Of a stretch of DNA of 64,000 nucleotides, positions 49,733 to 61,740 are shown one piece after another. The position numbers and the translations under genes are program-made. Every line of letters starts with the position of its first letter. Positions within the stretch are counted from its first letter, which is position 1. Below the pieces are notes generated by a model that was not told the origin of the DNA, ran no database searches, and was given only the letters and a program-made list of their open reading frames with translations. Origin of the DNA: Hormiphora californensis (Eukaryota; Animalia; Ctenophora); contig CM035362.1 of assembly GCA_020137815.1 (NCBI GenBank), positions 4,712,001 to 4,776,000 of the forward strand, written 5' to 3'.

Positions 49733-51009
49733 TTACTCCTTTCCTGAACAATTAGCCTCGTGAAGACGTCTATAAGAAGCCTGACTAAATGTTTTCATAC
49801 ACTTACTGCAAGGAAATGGTTTCTCTCCAGTGTGGGTCCACATGTGCCAATTCAAGGCAACTTTTTGGGTAAATGCTTTTCCACATACCTCACATTTGAA
49901 TGGACGCTCACCAGTATGAATCCTTTTGTGTACACTACACTCAGCTGATGTTTTAAACGTCTTACCACATATTCCACAAGTGAAAGGTTTAACTCCACTA
50001 TGTACTCTCCGATGGACACTTAAATTGTATTTTGATTTGAATGATTTAGGGCAAATATCACACAGGAACTCCTTTTTTGGGTGTGCAGTTTCAATGTGCT
50101 TATACAACTCTGTTTTAGGTAATCTAACTCCACAATTTTTGACACGGCACGAAACGATATTGCTATGAACAAGGATCTGATGTTTATGTAAATTAGATTT
50201 CTGGAGAAAACTTTTTCCACACTCCTTACATTTGTGCGGTTTGTATCCACTGTGACCCAGATGGTGTTTAGTAAGATGCCAGACTTGCTTGAAAGCTATG
50301 GGACAAACATCACAGAAGTGTTTTCTATCTGTGTGGTCGTCTCGAATGTGCTGATACAAGTCCTTATCTGATGACTTCCAAACTGAACACCCCTTAATTT
50401 TACACTGAAATAGTTTAGCACGTTTGATACACAATATCATCCTGGTAGGTTTTAGTCTGGTTTTAAAAGTAGCCGGATCTTTAGGAAGGGATTGCTGGGA
50501 AGGAACTCGTTGTCGCTGGGAAAGAGGTGGATTTGTAGTGGCTGACTCAATTTCTTCACTAGAATCCTGTTTATTGGATATCTCTCCTCCAGACTGGATC
50601 GGAACACCTGTAGGATAGATGTGATAATCATTATAAGAAACCAACAAAGCTTCAAATTAATGATTTGATCATGAACAAATGTATATAACTACCTATTCAC
50701 AATTCTTGATACTATATTATCTAATTCTTATACAGAACTAATGAAGACTCAAAGATGTTATAACGTCTTCCAGTCTCTAGTAGTCCATAGTTAAAATACC
50801 AGGCATGAATATCACCCTCAAAACTCACCATAATCTGAGGAAACCACATTTGATGAAGCATCAGATATTGGGCAGGGAATAAACATAACAGGTTTGATGT
50901 CACTTTCCACATAGATTGGTTCGGGTTTTAGAAGGGGAGGAATTTCAAACTGTCCACCAGTTCTCAATGAGACTGAATTACCACATTCACCAGGTTTTTG
51001 GTCTGCCAT
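49733..51009 (-). CDS. ZNF array gene (unit 3), exons 51009-50829, 50607-49733
   Basis: Shared first exon plus 8 fingers. Confidence 0.9.
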
Positions 51010-51272
51010 GAATTAACCTGCGAGAAAAGAGAAATTTAAAATATTGGTAATTGCCTACGCCCTACACATCATAATATAATAAGAGTGGAGGGGGGACGAG
51101 GAAATAAACAAAAAGTCAGTATACAGTACATATGTAATAACAAGTAATAGTTTAGTACTTGACATTTAACTGATGTTAAAACACCACCATAAAAACTTTC
51201 TTTGTCCATTCAGTTTAACAATTAAAATAAAATTGCTGTTATGTTCATAAAATCATATAATCATGTAATTCA

Positions 51273-52538
51273 TTACTCCTTTCCTGAACAATTAACCTCA
51301 TGAAGACGTCTTACAGAAGCCCGTATATATTGTTTCTCACACTTACTACAAGAAAATGGTTTCTCCCCAGTGTGGGTCCTCATGTGATGCTTCAAGGAAC
51401 TTGTTTGAGTAAATGCTTTTCCACAGATCTCACATTTGAATGGACGCTCACCAGTATGAATCCTTTTGTGTTTTCTACAGTCAGACGATGATGCAAACTT
51501 TTTACCACATATTCCACAAGTAAAAGGTTTAAGTCCACTATGTATCCGCTGGTGTTGAATAAGATTGTAGTTTGATTTGAAACTCATAGGACAAATATCA
51601 CACTGGAACTCCTTTTTTGGGTGTGCAGTTTCAATGTGCTCGTACAACTCTGGTTTAGGTAATCTAACTCCACAATTTTTAACAGGGCACGCACACGAAA
51701 CAATATTGCTATGAACGAGGATCTGATGTTGATTTAAATGAATTTTACGAAGAAAACTTTTTTCACACTTATTACATTTGTGTGGTTTGTATTCACTGTG
51801 GGCAAAATGGTGTTTAGTAAGATCCGAAACTTGCTTGAAAGCCATGGGACAAACATCACAGAAGTGTTTTCTATCAGGATGGTCGTCTCGAATGTGCTGA
51901 TACAAGTCCTTATCTGATGACTTCCAAACTGAACAACTCCTGATTTTACAGTGGAATAGTTTAGCACGTTTCCGGTTTAGTCCATCACAGTCCAGTGTAG
52001 TAGCTGATTCTTTAGGAAGGGATTGTTGGGAAGGAACTCGTTGTCGCTGGGAAAGAGGTGGATTTTTAGTAGTTGAATATTCACTTGAATACTGTTTATT
52101 AAATATCTCTCCTTCAGTTTTGATCGGAACACCTGTAGGATAGATGCGATAATCATTATAAGAAATTAAACCAACAAGGCTTCAAATTAATGATTTGATC
52201 ATGAACAAATGTATACAACTACCTATTCACAATTCTTGATACTATGTTATCTAATTCTTATACAGAACTAATGAAGACTCAAAGATGTTATAACGTCGTC
52301 CAGACTCTAGTAGTCCATAGTTAAAATACCAGGCATGAATATTACCTCAAAACTCACCATAATCTGAGGAAACCACATTTGATGGAGCATCAGATATTGG
52401 GCAGGGAATAAACATAACAGGTTTTATGTCACTTTCCACATATATTGGTTCGGTTTTTAGAAGGTGAGGAATGTCAAACTTTCTACCAGTTGTCAATGAG
52501 ACTGAATTACCAGGTTCACTAGGTTTTTGGTCTGCCAT
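51273..52538 (-). CDS. ZNF array gene (unit 2), exons 52538-52358, 52132-51273
   Basis: Shared first exon plus 8 fingers. Confidence 0.9.
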
Positions 52539-52784
52539 GATTTAACCTGCGAGAATAGAAAACTTTAAAACAGTGGTAATTTCAGATTACACATATAATT
52601 AAAAGGGAGGGGAGGGAGAAAATAAAAACTAAGTCAATATTAGACAACAAATAAAACAAATGAAAGTTAAGTACCTGACATTTAACTTATGTTAAAAGAA
52701 CATCATAAACACTTTTTTGCTCATTCAGTTTTACAATTAATATTAAATTGCTGTCTAAGGCTAATAAAAACCATATAGTGATAG

Positions 52785-54865
52785 TCAATACTTATTTCCT
52801 GAACAATTAACCTCGTGCAGACGTCTAACAGAATTCTTACTAAATGATTTCACACACTTACTGCATGGAAATGGTTTCTCCCCGGTATGTGTCCTCATAT
52901 GACTTTTTAAACTACTTTTTTCAGTAAATGTTTTTCCACAAACCTCACATTTGAATGGACGCTCACCAGTATGAATCTTTTTGTGTCTGCTGCAGTCAGA
53001 TGATGTTTTAAATGTCTTACCACATTTATCACAAGTGAAAGGTTTTACTCCACTATGTATTCTCCGATGGTCATTCAAATGTTGATTCGTGTTGAAACTC
53101 AAGGGACAAATATCACATTGGTACTCCTTTTTTGGGTGTGCACTTTCAATGTGCTTGTACAACTCTGCCTTAGGTAATCTAACTCCACAACTTTTGACAC
53201 GGCATGAAATAATATTGCTATGAACAAGGATCTGATGTTGATTTAAATGAATTTTACGAAGAAAATTTTTTCCACACTCCTTACATTTGTGTGGTTTGTA
53301 TCCACTGTGACCAAGATGATGTTGAGTAAGATCCGAATCTTGCCATGGGACAAACATCACAGACAAACATCACAGAAGTGTTTCCTATCAGGATGGTCGT
53401 CTCGAATGTGCTGATACAATTTTTCCTCTGATGACTTCCAAAGTGAGCAACCCCTGATCTTACACTGCAGTTTATGGGAGCTTGGATTAGCGTCATTTTT
53501 ATCGATCATGATAGCCATAGAAGTATGTTCTCTTTCTTGATTGACCCTGCTACCAGAAGATTTTTGTTGTAAAACTGTTTGTTTCTGAATTGAAGGTTCA
53601 ACGAAAGTAGACTTTGGATCTGGATAAAGTCTGGCTCGTTTGCTAGTGGATGAAGTTGTAGCTCTAGAATATGATTTTTCAGAAAGCTGGGGAAGAATTT
53701 GTTGTTGCTGGGGAAAAAGAGGCAGAATTGGTAATTTAGAAATAGCTTCCTCTCCATCTGAGTCTGAATTTCTATCGCCATCTGAAAATGAAATGGAGGA
53801 TAAGAATCGAATATGTATTGATCAGACAAAGCAAGCTTTGATTAAAATTGAATAATCGGATCTGAAATGAAACATCAAACATGAGTAGTATGCTCCCTCT
53901 CAAACTTACCCTTATCTAAAGAACCATCACCCAATGGTGGATCAGTTGAAATGGGAGGAACTGAGTCATAGTAAAACGGATCAGCATCCATCTTTACAGG
54001 ATCCACTGTCATTTCATGCTCCAAACATTCAACCTCAGATCCCAGAGTACTAGAAGTTTCTACTTGAATCTCGGCATCACGTGACCCAGTTTGAGTTCCA
54101 ACTTCCACCAACTTGTCTGTTTTAACAATTCTATACCCTGGATCTAGACGACCACTACCTGATTTTCCACAACCATCACATGTGAATAAAATCAGATTAT
54201 CCTCTGTCCCTGAAACTGTTAAAATCTTGGAGACTGGACAGGGAGTGAAAATCGCTGGTTTAATTTCATCTTCCATGTAGATTGGTTCGGTTTTCAGAAG
54301 GGGAGAAATTTCAAACTTGCTTCCAGCTGTCGTGACATGCTGTTCTGAACTATCAGTTCTGGTCGTTCCAGGTTTACTTTTTGCCATTGTATTTCCTGTA
54401 TGGAATAAAGAAATTGAATTGTGCGGAGCACGGTCAGAGTGTCAGGCGCCTCAATACATATGAATAGAATTCGAATGTGAGATTCCAACTATTACCCGGT
54501 GTATCTGGAGGGTCTTGTTGAGTTGGTGTGATGGAGAGGGTCGATGGGGCATCACTGTGAGGCGTTGGTGTAACACCGACAATGCCAAGGTCTCCATACA
54601 GAAGGTCTGGAATGGCCCCCTTGACCAACTTCAACGTTGCACAATCTGTTAAAAGAGTTTTTAGTAAACAAAATTCCTTATGTATGATTTTTCCTTGACA
54701 AAATAGCAAGAAAGCCAACTGACCTGAAAAATTTCTAGCAGAGAAATGCTCAGAACATATCTTGCTAGACTTTGTGACAGGACCCGGCAGCTTGGGTAAC
54801 CAATCCGCCCGCATACCAAATAAGGTGGCGCACACTGTGGTCCTTCCACAAATAAAACATGGCAT
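52785..54865 (-). pseudogene. Array head gene (unit 1): THAP exons (54865-54724, 54645-54496), shared exon (54395-53910), ZNF exon (53781-52785) frameshifted in finger 2
   Basis: MPCFICG..LFGM..W..P..KICSEHF../..LVKGAIP is a THAP domain; phase-1 splice runs in frame into GNTMAKSKP; a 13-bp duplication plus small deletion at ~53340-53372 breaks the frame. Confidence 0.72.
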
Positions 54866-55031
54866 TTCCTGTGTGTTACGCAAATCAATGAATTTGATTT
54901 TAATGTCAGAATTATGTCAGAATCACAAAGAAACGATCTCCTACAATACGTGGTGATAGGTTATTTAGTGCCTTGAACTTGGTTATGTAACGGGTGGGCG
55001 CGATTATAATCTGGGTGCCTTGCAGCGTGTT

Positions 55032-55188
55032 TATAAAGTCCATTTTTATTCAACTGTTCACCCCTCAACTCGTGTGCGTGCGATATTTTAATTTACGCTG
55101 TGCGCACTACACGTTAACATGTGATAAACACGCAAACAAATTCCGTGCACGACTTTGGGGGGTGAACAGTTGAAAAAAATGGAGTATA
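55032..55188. mobile_element. Palindromic MITE
   Basis: tccatttttattcaactgttcacccc...ggggtgaacagttgaaaaaaatgga. Confidence 0.7.
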
Positions 55189-55297
55189 GGTGCGCGCTGT
55201 GCACCTAAAACCACTTAAACCGACTTTTTTGAAACGGCTATAGCCGCGGAACCATCTTGTAATCTTGTAATCTTGTAAATGTCTTCGTACAGATGCT

Positions 55298-55454
55298 GTA
55301 AAGTCGGATTTTTTGAAGTTGTCACCCCCCTTTTCGTGCGCGGAATGTTTTTGCGCGTCACATCACATGTTAACGTGTGGTGTGCGCGTCAAAATTGATA
55401 AATTTCACATGCGCGGTCATTTTGGGGTGACAACTTCAAAAAATCCGACTTTAC
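55298..55454. mobile_element. Palindromic MITE
   Basis: gtaaagtcggattt..gaagttgtcacccc...ggggtgacaacttcaaaaaatccgactttac. Confidence 0.75.
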
Positions 55455-56395
55455 CGGTGTCAGCTCCTCACAGAGCCTCCCCCTCCCTGGATACAAGGAG
55501 TATCCAGTCCAGAATTGAGTTGTTATTTTGTCTGGTATATCCAGGAACCGGGGGTCTGTCCGGCATCCTCTTCAAGCCGATTTGAATAAACTAAACGGTA
55601 TTTGATAGAGAATCGATAGCTCTAACCGATAATCCCAAACAAAACCCTAAACCGACCCTAACAACAGCCCTAACCCGTCTCGATCGCCAAAATAATAATA
55701 ATAATAATAATATCTAATATTTATATCCCGCTATCATGCGTTAAATATGCTAGTTCACTACTCGTTTAAACTAGAACTTAAAGATATACTTAAAGAACAC
55801 CGAGATTATCGTTAAAACTAACACCGCGTCTATAGCGGCCTTCTCATAGCCAGAGGAATGCCATTCAAGCTAATTTTGATCAAGAAATAATAATAAAGAG
55901 AGAAGATTTAGTCCGAGGAAAAAAGTATAAAAAATACGTTATGGTATAAAAAAGAAGAAAGATAGATGATTGTGATTTGAATATTGTTAACTAGTAAGAA
56001 TTAGGGTGGAGTCATGATTGAAATAGTGTGCAGGGAGTGAAATAAGTTGAAAAAGTTCATCGAAGTGGATGATGTGGAAAGGCAGTGACTAAGGTTGGAC
56101 AAAATTGATACAAAAAAAAGAAAGAAAAGTGAGTGATAACAGCTGGGTAGCTTGAGTCAGATTGAATAATACAGATTACTTTTGATTAAAAATAATAAGT
56201 TAATTGGGTGATTAAAATAATAAATTAGTGGATTAAGAATATTTTTATCATAAAAATAAATTATAATAAGTTGTAGTAAAATAAAGTGATGTGCTGTGAT
56301 TAAATTGTGTGTGTGTGGGCTTGTCTTTACGGATCTTGTCTTGTCTTTTCTTTAGCTAAAAGTTAGTCAACTCAGGACCCATAGACAAAGATGTA

Positions 56396-59300
56396 TTATC
56401 GGCAGGATGGCTTTAAAATCTTGGCCTTCGCTTTACGTGGTTGAGTCATTGTGTTCGTACCACTGTTACTATCTGGATAAGCGACGGTGTAAAGATGAGT
56501 TTTCAACATTTGCTTGAAAGTTTCAAGAGATGATGCTTCTCTTAGGCTTTTAGGTAGTTTGTTCCAAATCTTAGGTCCGCATACACTGAACGCTTTCTGA
56601 GTGGTAAGATATTTTGTATCATGGCGTTTTTCCACTAGGGTTAGGTCATCATCAAGACGAACTTTTCTGGCCTTCGGCTGTCTGCGTATAATCATGTCTG
56701 ACAGATACTCAGGCACAAGTCCATGTATACATTTATAGACCAGGAGGCAGACTTTGAAAACGATTCTTTGCTCGACCGGAAGGAAATGAAGTTTCTTCCT
56801 CATTTCAGTAACTCCTCGCTTTCCTTTCGATCCATAGATAAATCTAGTGGCACTGTTTTGCACTTTTTGTAGTCGTTGCAAATCCCGTTTTGAAAGTCCA
56901 ACGAGTAGTCCGTTACCAAAATCTAGCCTTGAGTGAACAAGTTGATGTACAAGTTGAGTCTTTAGCTGTACAGTGAGTCCTTTCCTGATCCTCCATAGAT
57001 TTGCCAGCTGGCTCCAACACGACTGGATAACTCGGGACACATGGGATGACATTGAGAAGGTTTGGTCAAACCAGACACCTAAATTTCGAGCTTCTGTGGA
57101 TGGTTCAGTCGGGATTTTGTCACTCTTTTGCAGGAAGATCGATGTCGGATTAGGTGACTTGTCTGCTTTATTGTTGATCACGACAATTTCGGTTTTACCT
57201 GAATTTAGCTTTAGATAGTTAGCTTTCATCCACCATTTGATGTGTTGAAGGCAGTCTTGGATTTTCTCAAAAATGATGTCCTCATTGGCTGGATCAAAGC
57301 TGATATACAACTGGGTATCATCTGCATACATGTGCACGTGTAGCCCATAGATACCTGCAATGTCTTGAATCTCTCGTGTATACATAATAAAGAGGATGGG
57401 ACCCAAGATTGATCCTTGAGGGACACCTATCTCGATTTCGATTGAAGGAGACATTTCATCTCCTGTATCAACCGAAGACGTTCTACCAATCAAGTAGGAT
57501 TTGAACCACTTTAAGGCCGTCTGCTTGATGCCATAGTAATTATACAGCTTGTCTAACAGAGTGGTATGTTTAACAGTATCGAAAGCTGCGCTTAAATCAA
57601 GCAACAGTAGAATCACTTTTGATTTGCTATCCATCAACAGAAGAATGTCATTGAAGATCTTAAGTGTCGCTGTCTCACAGGAATGATACTTCCGGTAGGC
57701 CGATTGCTTGGTGGGCAAGAGCTTGTTTGCTTCGAGGTATTCAATCAGTTGTAATGAAGCGCATTTTTCAACAACTTTTGAGACAAAGCTAAGGTTGCTT
57801 ATCGGCCTATAACTGTTTAGTTCCTCAGAATCCAGATCCTTACCTTTAAACGACGGACGGATGATGGCTTCTTTGAAGGCTTTTGGAAATACACCTTTTG
57901 TTAAACTGTCGTTAACAATCCGTGATAACACAGGTATAAGCTCAGGAAGTGCGTCACTGACCATGCTGGAAGGCATTGGATCTAGAGAACAATGCTTCTT
58001 GTTCATATCACGAATAGTTCTGGCCAGTTCCTCATCGGTCACAGGTCTAAACTTAGTAAGCGATGATGTACAGGTTATTGGTTCAGGTTGAGTTGTTGGG
58101 GTTGGAACATCCTCAGCCTCAATCACAGAGTATATTTTTGTTACTTTAGCTTTGAAGAACTCGTTAAATCTGGTTGCTAGTGGAGTTGCTTCCTTTTTCG
58201 ATGGCAGTGTTGAAGGTGTTTTTTCCTTTCCAAGCAAACTGTTGACCACTCTGTGTGTAGATTTCGGGTTTCCTTTTACTCCTTCTAGTTTTTTACTGAC
58301 AAAACTAGCTTTGGCATTACCAAGAACTTTGGATGCGAACTTGCTGGTGCTTTTCCAACAGTGGTATTTTGAGACAAGTTTCTTAGGATTTGTCTTCTTT
58401 AGACGAGCACGTCTCCAGCGTCGTTCGGCTCCTCTACGTATTCGACGAGCATTTTGGCAAGTAGGCGTTCTTATCCATTGGGGTTGGTCTGGGTGCTTTA
58501 TCCTCTTTTCTTCTTCAGGGGCAACTTTGTCTGTGATGGACTGGAGGGTTGTGTTGTATAGCTGAACACATTCTTCTTGGTCGGCTGGAAGCGCTTCAGA
58601 AAGTTTGGAGTTTCTAATGAGTTCACGAAGATTCGCTGGGTCAACTTCTTTGAAATTTCTGCATTTTTTCAATACTTCGTCGTCCTTCATCTTTAGTGGT
58701 ATTCCTGCTGTGCACTTTACTAAATAGTGGTCTGGGGCAGGAGGCACAGGGTATGACTCTATTTCAGTTACTTCGATTCCATCTGGCATTCCATGAAATA
58801 AATGTGGAATGTGTTCTTCATTTATTTCATCAAGTTTGCTGCTGCAGAACGGGGCACCAATGGTGTCAGAGAGTGGGGCAATATCCTGGGTAAGGATAAG
58901 ATCCAGTGTGCCTCCTTTGATGTGGGTCGGTCCAGTTACTTTATTTCTCCAACCAAACTGGTTCAGAAGTTCATTGAATTTTCGAGTTTGGGGATCTAGG
59001 TTGTCCTCGACATGAATATTGAAGTCTCCACATATCAAACAGCGCTCTTTCCTCTCTGCTAATTTCAGAAAAAGATCCTCTAGTTCATCTAGAAACGCAG
59101 TAAACTGGCCTGAGGTGCCAGGCCGGTACACTACAACTATCCTGGTATTAGTAGGTTCTTTGAGGAGAACCTCAAGGCATTCAAATTGCTTAAACTTGTG
59201 ACAATACTTACTTGTTTTCGTCCTCCTTCTGGTAACTAAAGCTACACCACCTCCTCTACCTACACGTGGATGTGATACTATGTTGAAACCTGCTTCTTTG

Positions 59301-59494
59301 AAAAGAGCACAGAGAGCACCATCGTCCTTTTTCATCCATGTTTCTGTTAGTGCAAAGGCATCTAAGTCTTCATCTACTGCAAGTTCCAGGATATCGATTG
59401 CTTTGTTCCGCAGAGAAAAGCAGTTAAGGAGCCCAAACCTCAGCCTTCTGGACACAGTTAGTTTTTTGACAGGTACTGGAGACGGATGGGGCAT
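56396..59494 (-). CDS. LINE ORF2: APE endonuclease plus reverse transcriptase, 1032 aa
   Basis: LTETW, CGDFN, TLDL, DH; YRPISNL, LDLSAAFDTV, GVPQGSILGP, YADD; L2-type C-terminus LHFLPVEQRI. Confidence 0.96.
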   Translation of the reverse strand: MPHPSPVPVKKLTVSRRLRFGLLNCFSLRNKAIDILELAVDEDLDAFALTETWMKKDDGALCALFKEAGFNIVSHPRVGRGGGVALVTRRRTKTSKYCHKFKQFECLEVLLKEPTNTRIVVVYRPGTSGQFTAFLDELEDLFLKLAERKERCLICGDFNIHVEDNLDPQTRKFNELLNQFGWRNKVTGPTHIKGGTLDLILTQDIAPLSDTIGAPFCSSKLDEINEEHIPHLFHGMPDGIEVTEIESYPVPPAPDHYLVKCTAGIPLKMKDDEVLKKCRNFKEVDPANLRELIRNSKLSEALPADQEECVQLYNTTLQSITDKVAPEEEKRIKHPDQPQWIRTPTCQNARRIRRGAERRWRRARLKKTNPKKLVSKYHCWKSTSKFASKVLGNAKASFVSKKLEGVKGNPKSTHRVVNSLLGKEKTPSTLPSKKEATPLATRFNEFFKAKVTKIYSVIEAEDVPTPTTQPEPITCTSSLTKFRPVTDEELARTIRDMNKKHCSLDPMPSSMVSDALPELIPVLSRIVNDSLTKGVFPKAFKEAIIRPSFKGKDLDSEELNSYRPISNLSFVSKVVEKCASLQLIEYLEANKLLPTKQSAYRKYHSCETATLKIFNDILLLMDSKSKVILLLLDLSAAFDTVKHTTLLDKLYNYYGIKQTALKWFKSYLIGRTSSVDTGDEMSPSIEIEIGVPQGSILGPILFIMYTREIQDIAGIYGLHVHMYADDTQLYISFDPANEDIIFEKIQDCLQHIKWWMKANYLKLNSGKTEIVVINNKADKSPNPTSIFLQKSDKIPTEPSTEARNLGVWFDQTFSMSSHVSRVIQSCWSQLANLWRIRKGLTVQLKTQLVHQLVHSRLDFGNGLLVGLSKRDLQRLQKVQNSATRFIYGSKGKRGVTEMRKKLHFLPVEQRIVFKVCLLVYKCIHGLVPEYLSDMIIRRQPKARKVRLDDDLTLVEKRHDTKYLTTQKAFSVCGPKIWNKLPKSLREASSLETFKQMLKTHLYTVAYPDSNSGTNTMTQPRKAKAKILKPSCR

Positions 59495-60825
59495 TGTGGA
59501 TCAGCTGCATTGTGAGTATGAGCAAATGATTGAATGGATGGGTTACGTGATTTAGAACAATTAGAACATTTAAAGGCAGACCAATTTTTCTTGTTAGGGC
59601 ATTCTCTGGCAGAGTGCTTCTCAGAGCAACGGAAGCATGTTGGATCCTTCGCTTTACAATCACTCGCATAATGACCGAAATTTTGACACTTAAAACATTG
59701 TTTTACAAATACTCGCTCTTCTACAAAACAGTTATAATTGCCAACATGAATAGAACCACTGCTGAGAATCAGATCACCAACAGGTTTGCTGACCTTCAAC
59801 CCAATAGTGGCTTCATTCTCATTTCGACTGTACCTCTGAAACGACACAACAGACATCTTCTCTCCTCTTTCCAACAATTCAGCAACTCTTGGGTTAAGCT
59901 CACAAATAGAATCTAAAATCATCGTATCTGTCTCATCCCTGTCAGTAATGTGCTTAGCAATAAAAGAAACATCAGCACCTCGAATAGATAGTTTAGGCTC
60001 ATGTACAAATTTTCTCATATCAACATTCACATTTTGAGATGCGACTTTAGTCACTGCCTCGTTCATTTCGTCAGCACTTTTGAACCAGTATTGTACTGAT
60101 CCGTCTTTCTTGTTCTTCTTATACTCAGTAGGAATCTTGGCAAGTACATCATTAGCACTGTTGATATCATTAGCTTCTCCGGATATAACTAGCCGTGCAC
60201 TGCCCAAATGAGCTTCAGAATAAGGCACAGAATAGGGCACATTTGCTTGTCCATCAGCGGCTGCAATTGGCTCTTTTTGTTTAGCAACTTCGGTAGACAC
60301 GGTTGATGTTATAGCAGCAGCGATTTGTTCCTCAAATTTCCCTAGCATAGATTGCTCAAATGTTGCCAGTTTATCCTCAAGAATCCTCTGGGTTAAAGGG
60401 GAAGGCTCATCTTCGTCCTTGTTGTTACAGGTAGGACAGAACCAAGCTAGACCCTCGTTCTGATTTATGAGGGCACACATTCTATCATCATCCAGTGTCT
60501 TAGAGCATGACTTGTTTCGGCACGTTATTGTATTGTCTCCGGTTAGAGTTGATGGGGCATTGGAGGACGCATCAGTTTGAGCCTCTACTAGATCTTTGGA
60601 CAGTTTAAACGACTGCTTCAGTAGCTTCAGAAGGACTGCACGAGACGGATTGTCGGCCGGGGGTTTGTTGGTACCTTTTAGGATATAGGTTAGTAGTCCT
60701 TTTGCCTCTAGTTCATTCCCCAAGCTTATCACCTTATCGCTCAGCTTTATCATCTGCTCCTTGTTTATCATGACTATCGATGTCGGTTTTCGTGTTATCT
60801 GCCCTTCGGGGCGGTCACATAGCAT
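59458..60825 (-). CDS. LINE ORF1: PHD-like remnant plus three CCHC zinc knuckles
   Basis: WFCPTC; CFKCQNFGHYASDC, CFRCSEKHSAREC, CSNC..HNAADPQC; overlaps ORF2 by 37 nt. Confidence 0.9.
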   Translation of the reverse strand: MLCDRPEGQITRKPTSIVMINKEQMIKLSDKVISLGNELEAKGLLTYILKGTNKPPADNPSRAVLLKLLKQSFKLSKDLVEAQTDASSNAPSTLTGDNTITCRNKSCSKTLDDDRMCALINQNEGLAWFCPTCNNKDEDEPSPLTQRILEDKLATFEQSMLGKFEEQIAAAITSTVSTEVAKQKEPIAAADGQANVPYSVPYSEAHLGSARLVISGEANDINSANDVLAKIPTEYKKNKKDGSVQYWFKSADEMNEAVTKVASQNVNVDMRKFVHEPKLSIRGADVSFIAKHITDRDETDTMILDSICELNPRVAELLERGEKMSVVSFQRYSRNENEATIGLKVSKPVGDLILSSGSIHVGNYNCFVEERVFVKQCFKCQNFGHYASDCKAKDPTCFRCSEKHSARECPNKKNWSAFKCSNCSKSRNPSIQSFAHTHNAADPQCPIRLQYLSKN

Positions 60826-61365
60826 TCATCTTCCTGCTCAAATTAATTTGTTTAAAGTAGTGTTGAAAAGTTTGAAATCGATGAATTGTTTGCAATGAAA
60901 GGCACCCAGATTTTAACGTTTTCCAGTTTCCTCGAGTTTCTTCTCGATTTTGAAAAGCTTGAAATCAGACTTAAAAAATCAGCACAATAAATTATAATAA
61001 ATTACCCACACACCGTCATACTCTCATACTCCCTCTCTCTGCTCACTTGTCTCGAAAGTCTACATCTTCCACACTGACTGGGACAACCCTTCTCTTGGTT
61101 CCCCGAAGCGCAACAAGAGTTGATCTTAACAAACTGAATCGTGTCTTTTCTCGGATGAAGGACATGGTTTCAGCGTAACTCTCCTTGTGCCTGTCACAGA
61201 TCTTCCCATTTTCTTCTCTGTTTTTTCCGTCAAAGTGTCAAATGACAAAGAATTTGTTGCGCGGCTTTATAATGCATCGCATAAAATATTTTTGTTGCCG
61301 CTGGTGTAAATCGCTGCGTATCATTTATTGATTTTTAGCGCCGCGCTGAGCTTTATTGGAATTGA

Positions 61366-61587
61366 TAGTGGAAGCTCTTACGGTATTTCCCACGCCCCGT
61401 GGGAAAGTTTTTGACCGTGGGAAAGTTTTCAAACCGTGGGAAAAGAGAGATACATACAATAACTTGAAAAAAATAATTATTTTTTGTATGTTATTGTATG
61501 TATCTCTCTTTTCCCACGGTTTGAAAACTTTCCCACGGTCAAAAACTTTCCCACGGGGCGTGGGAAATACCGTAAGAGCTTCCACTA
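61366..61587. mobile_element. 222-bp hairpin MITE (TAG...CTA termini, 3-bp TSD TGA; Academ-like)
   Basis: tagtggaagctcttacggtatttcccacg...cgtgggaaataccgtaagagcttccacta; almost fully palindromic. Confidence 0.85.
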
Positions 61588-61740
61588 TGAGTTTCGATCC
61601 GATACGAAAAATTTTGGCAAGACCGACGATCCAAAAATTTCCAGTTTACCGAACACGGCCTTTTACTTTTTACGTCGTATTCTTGGTTTCTTTTCACTTT
61701 TACTCGTCTCCCGGCTGGCCGTGTAGACGATGTACACCTG

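Larger units (their letters stand above)
55690..60980 (-). mobile_element. Apparently full-length CR1/L2-group LINE (5' boundary approximate)
   Basis: ORF1 and ORF2 both open, ~690-bp 3' UTR ending in (TTA)n at 55690-55711; no TSD found. Confidence 0.92.

Noticed and set aside
61356-61740. N-terminal extension of the 459-aa LRR ORF and the mirror ORF 61325-61585
   Set aside because: Reads through a palindromic MITE; LRRC49 similarity starts after the 61850 acceptor.
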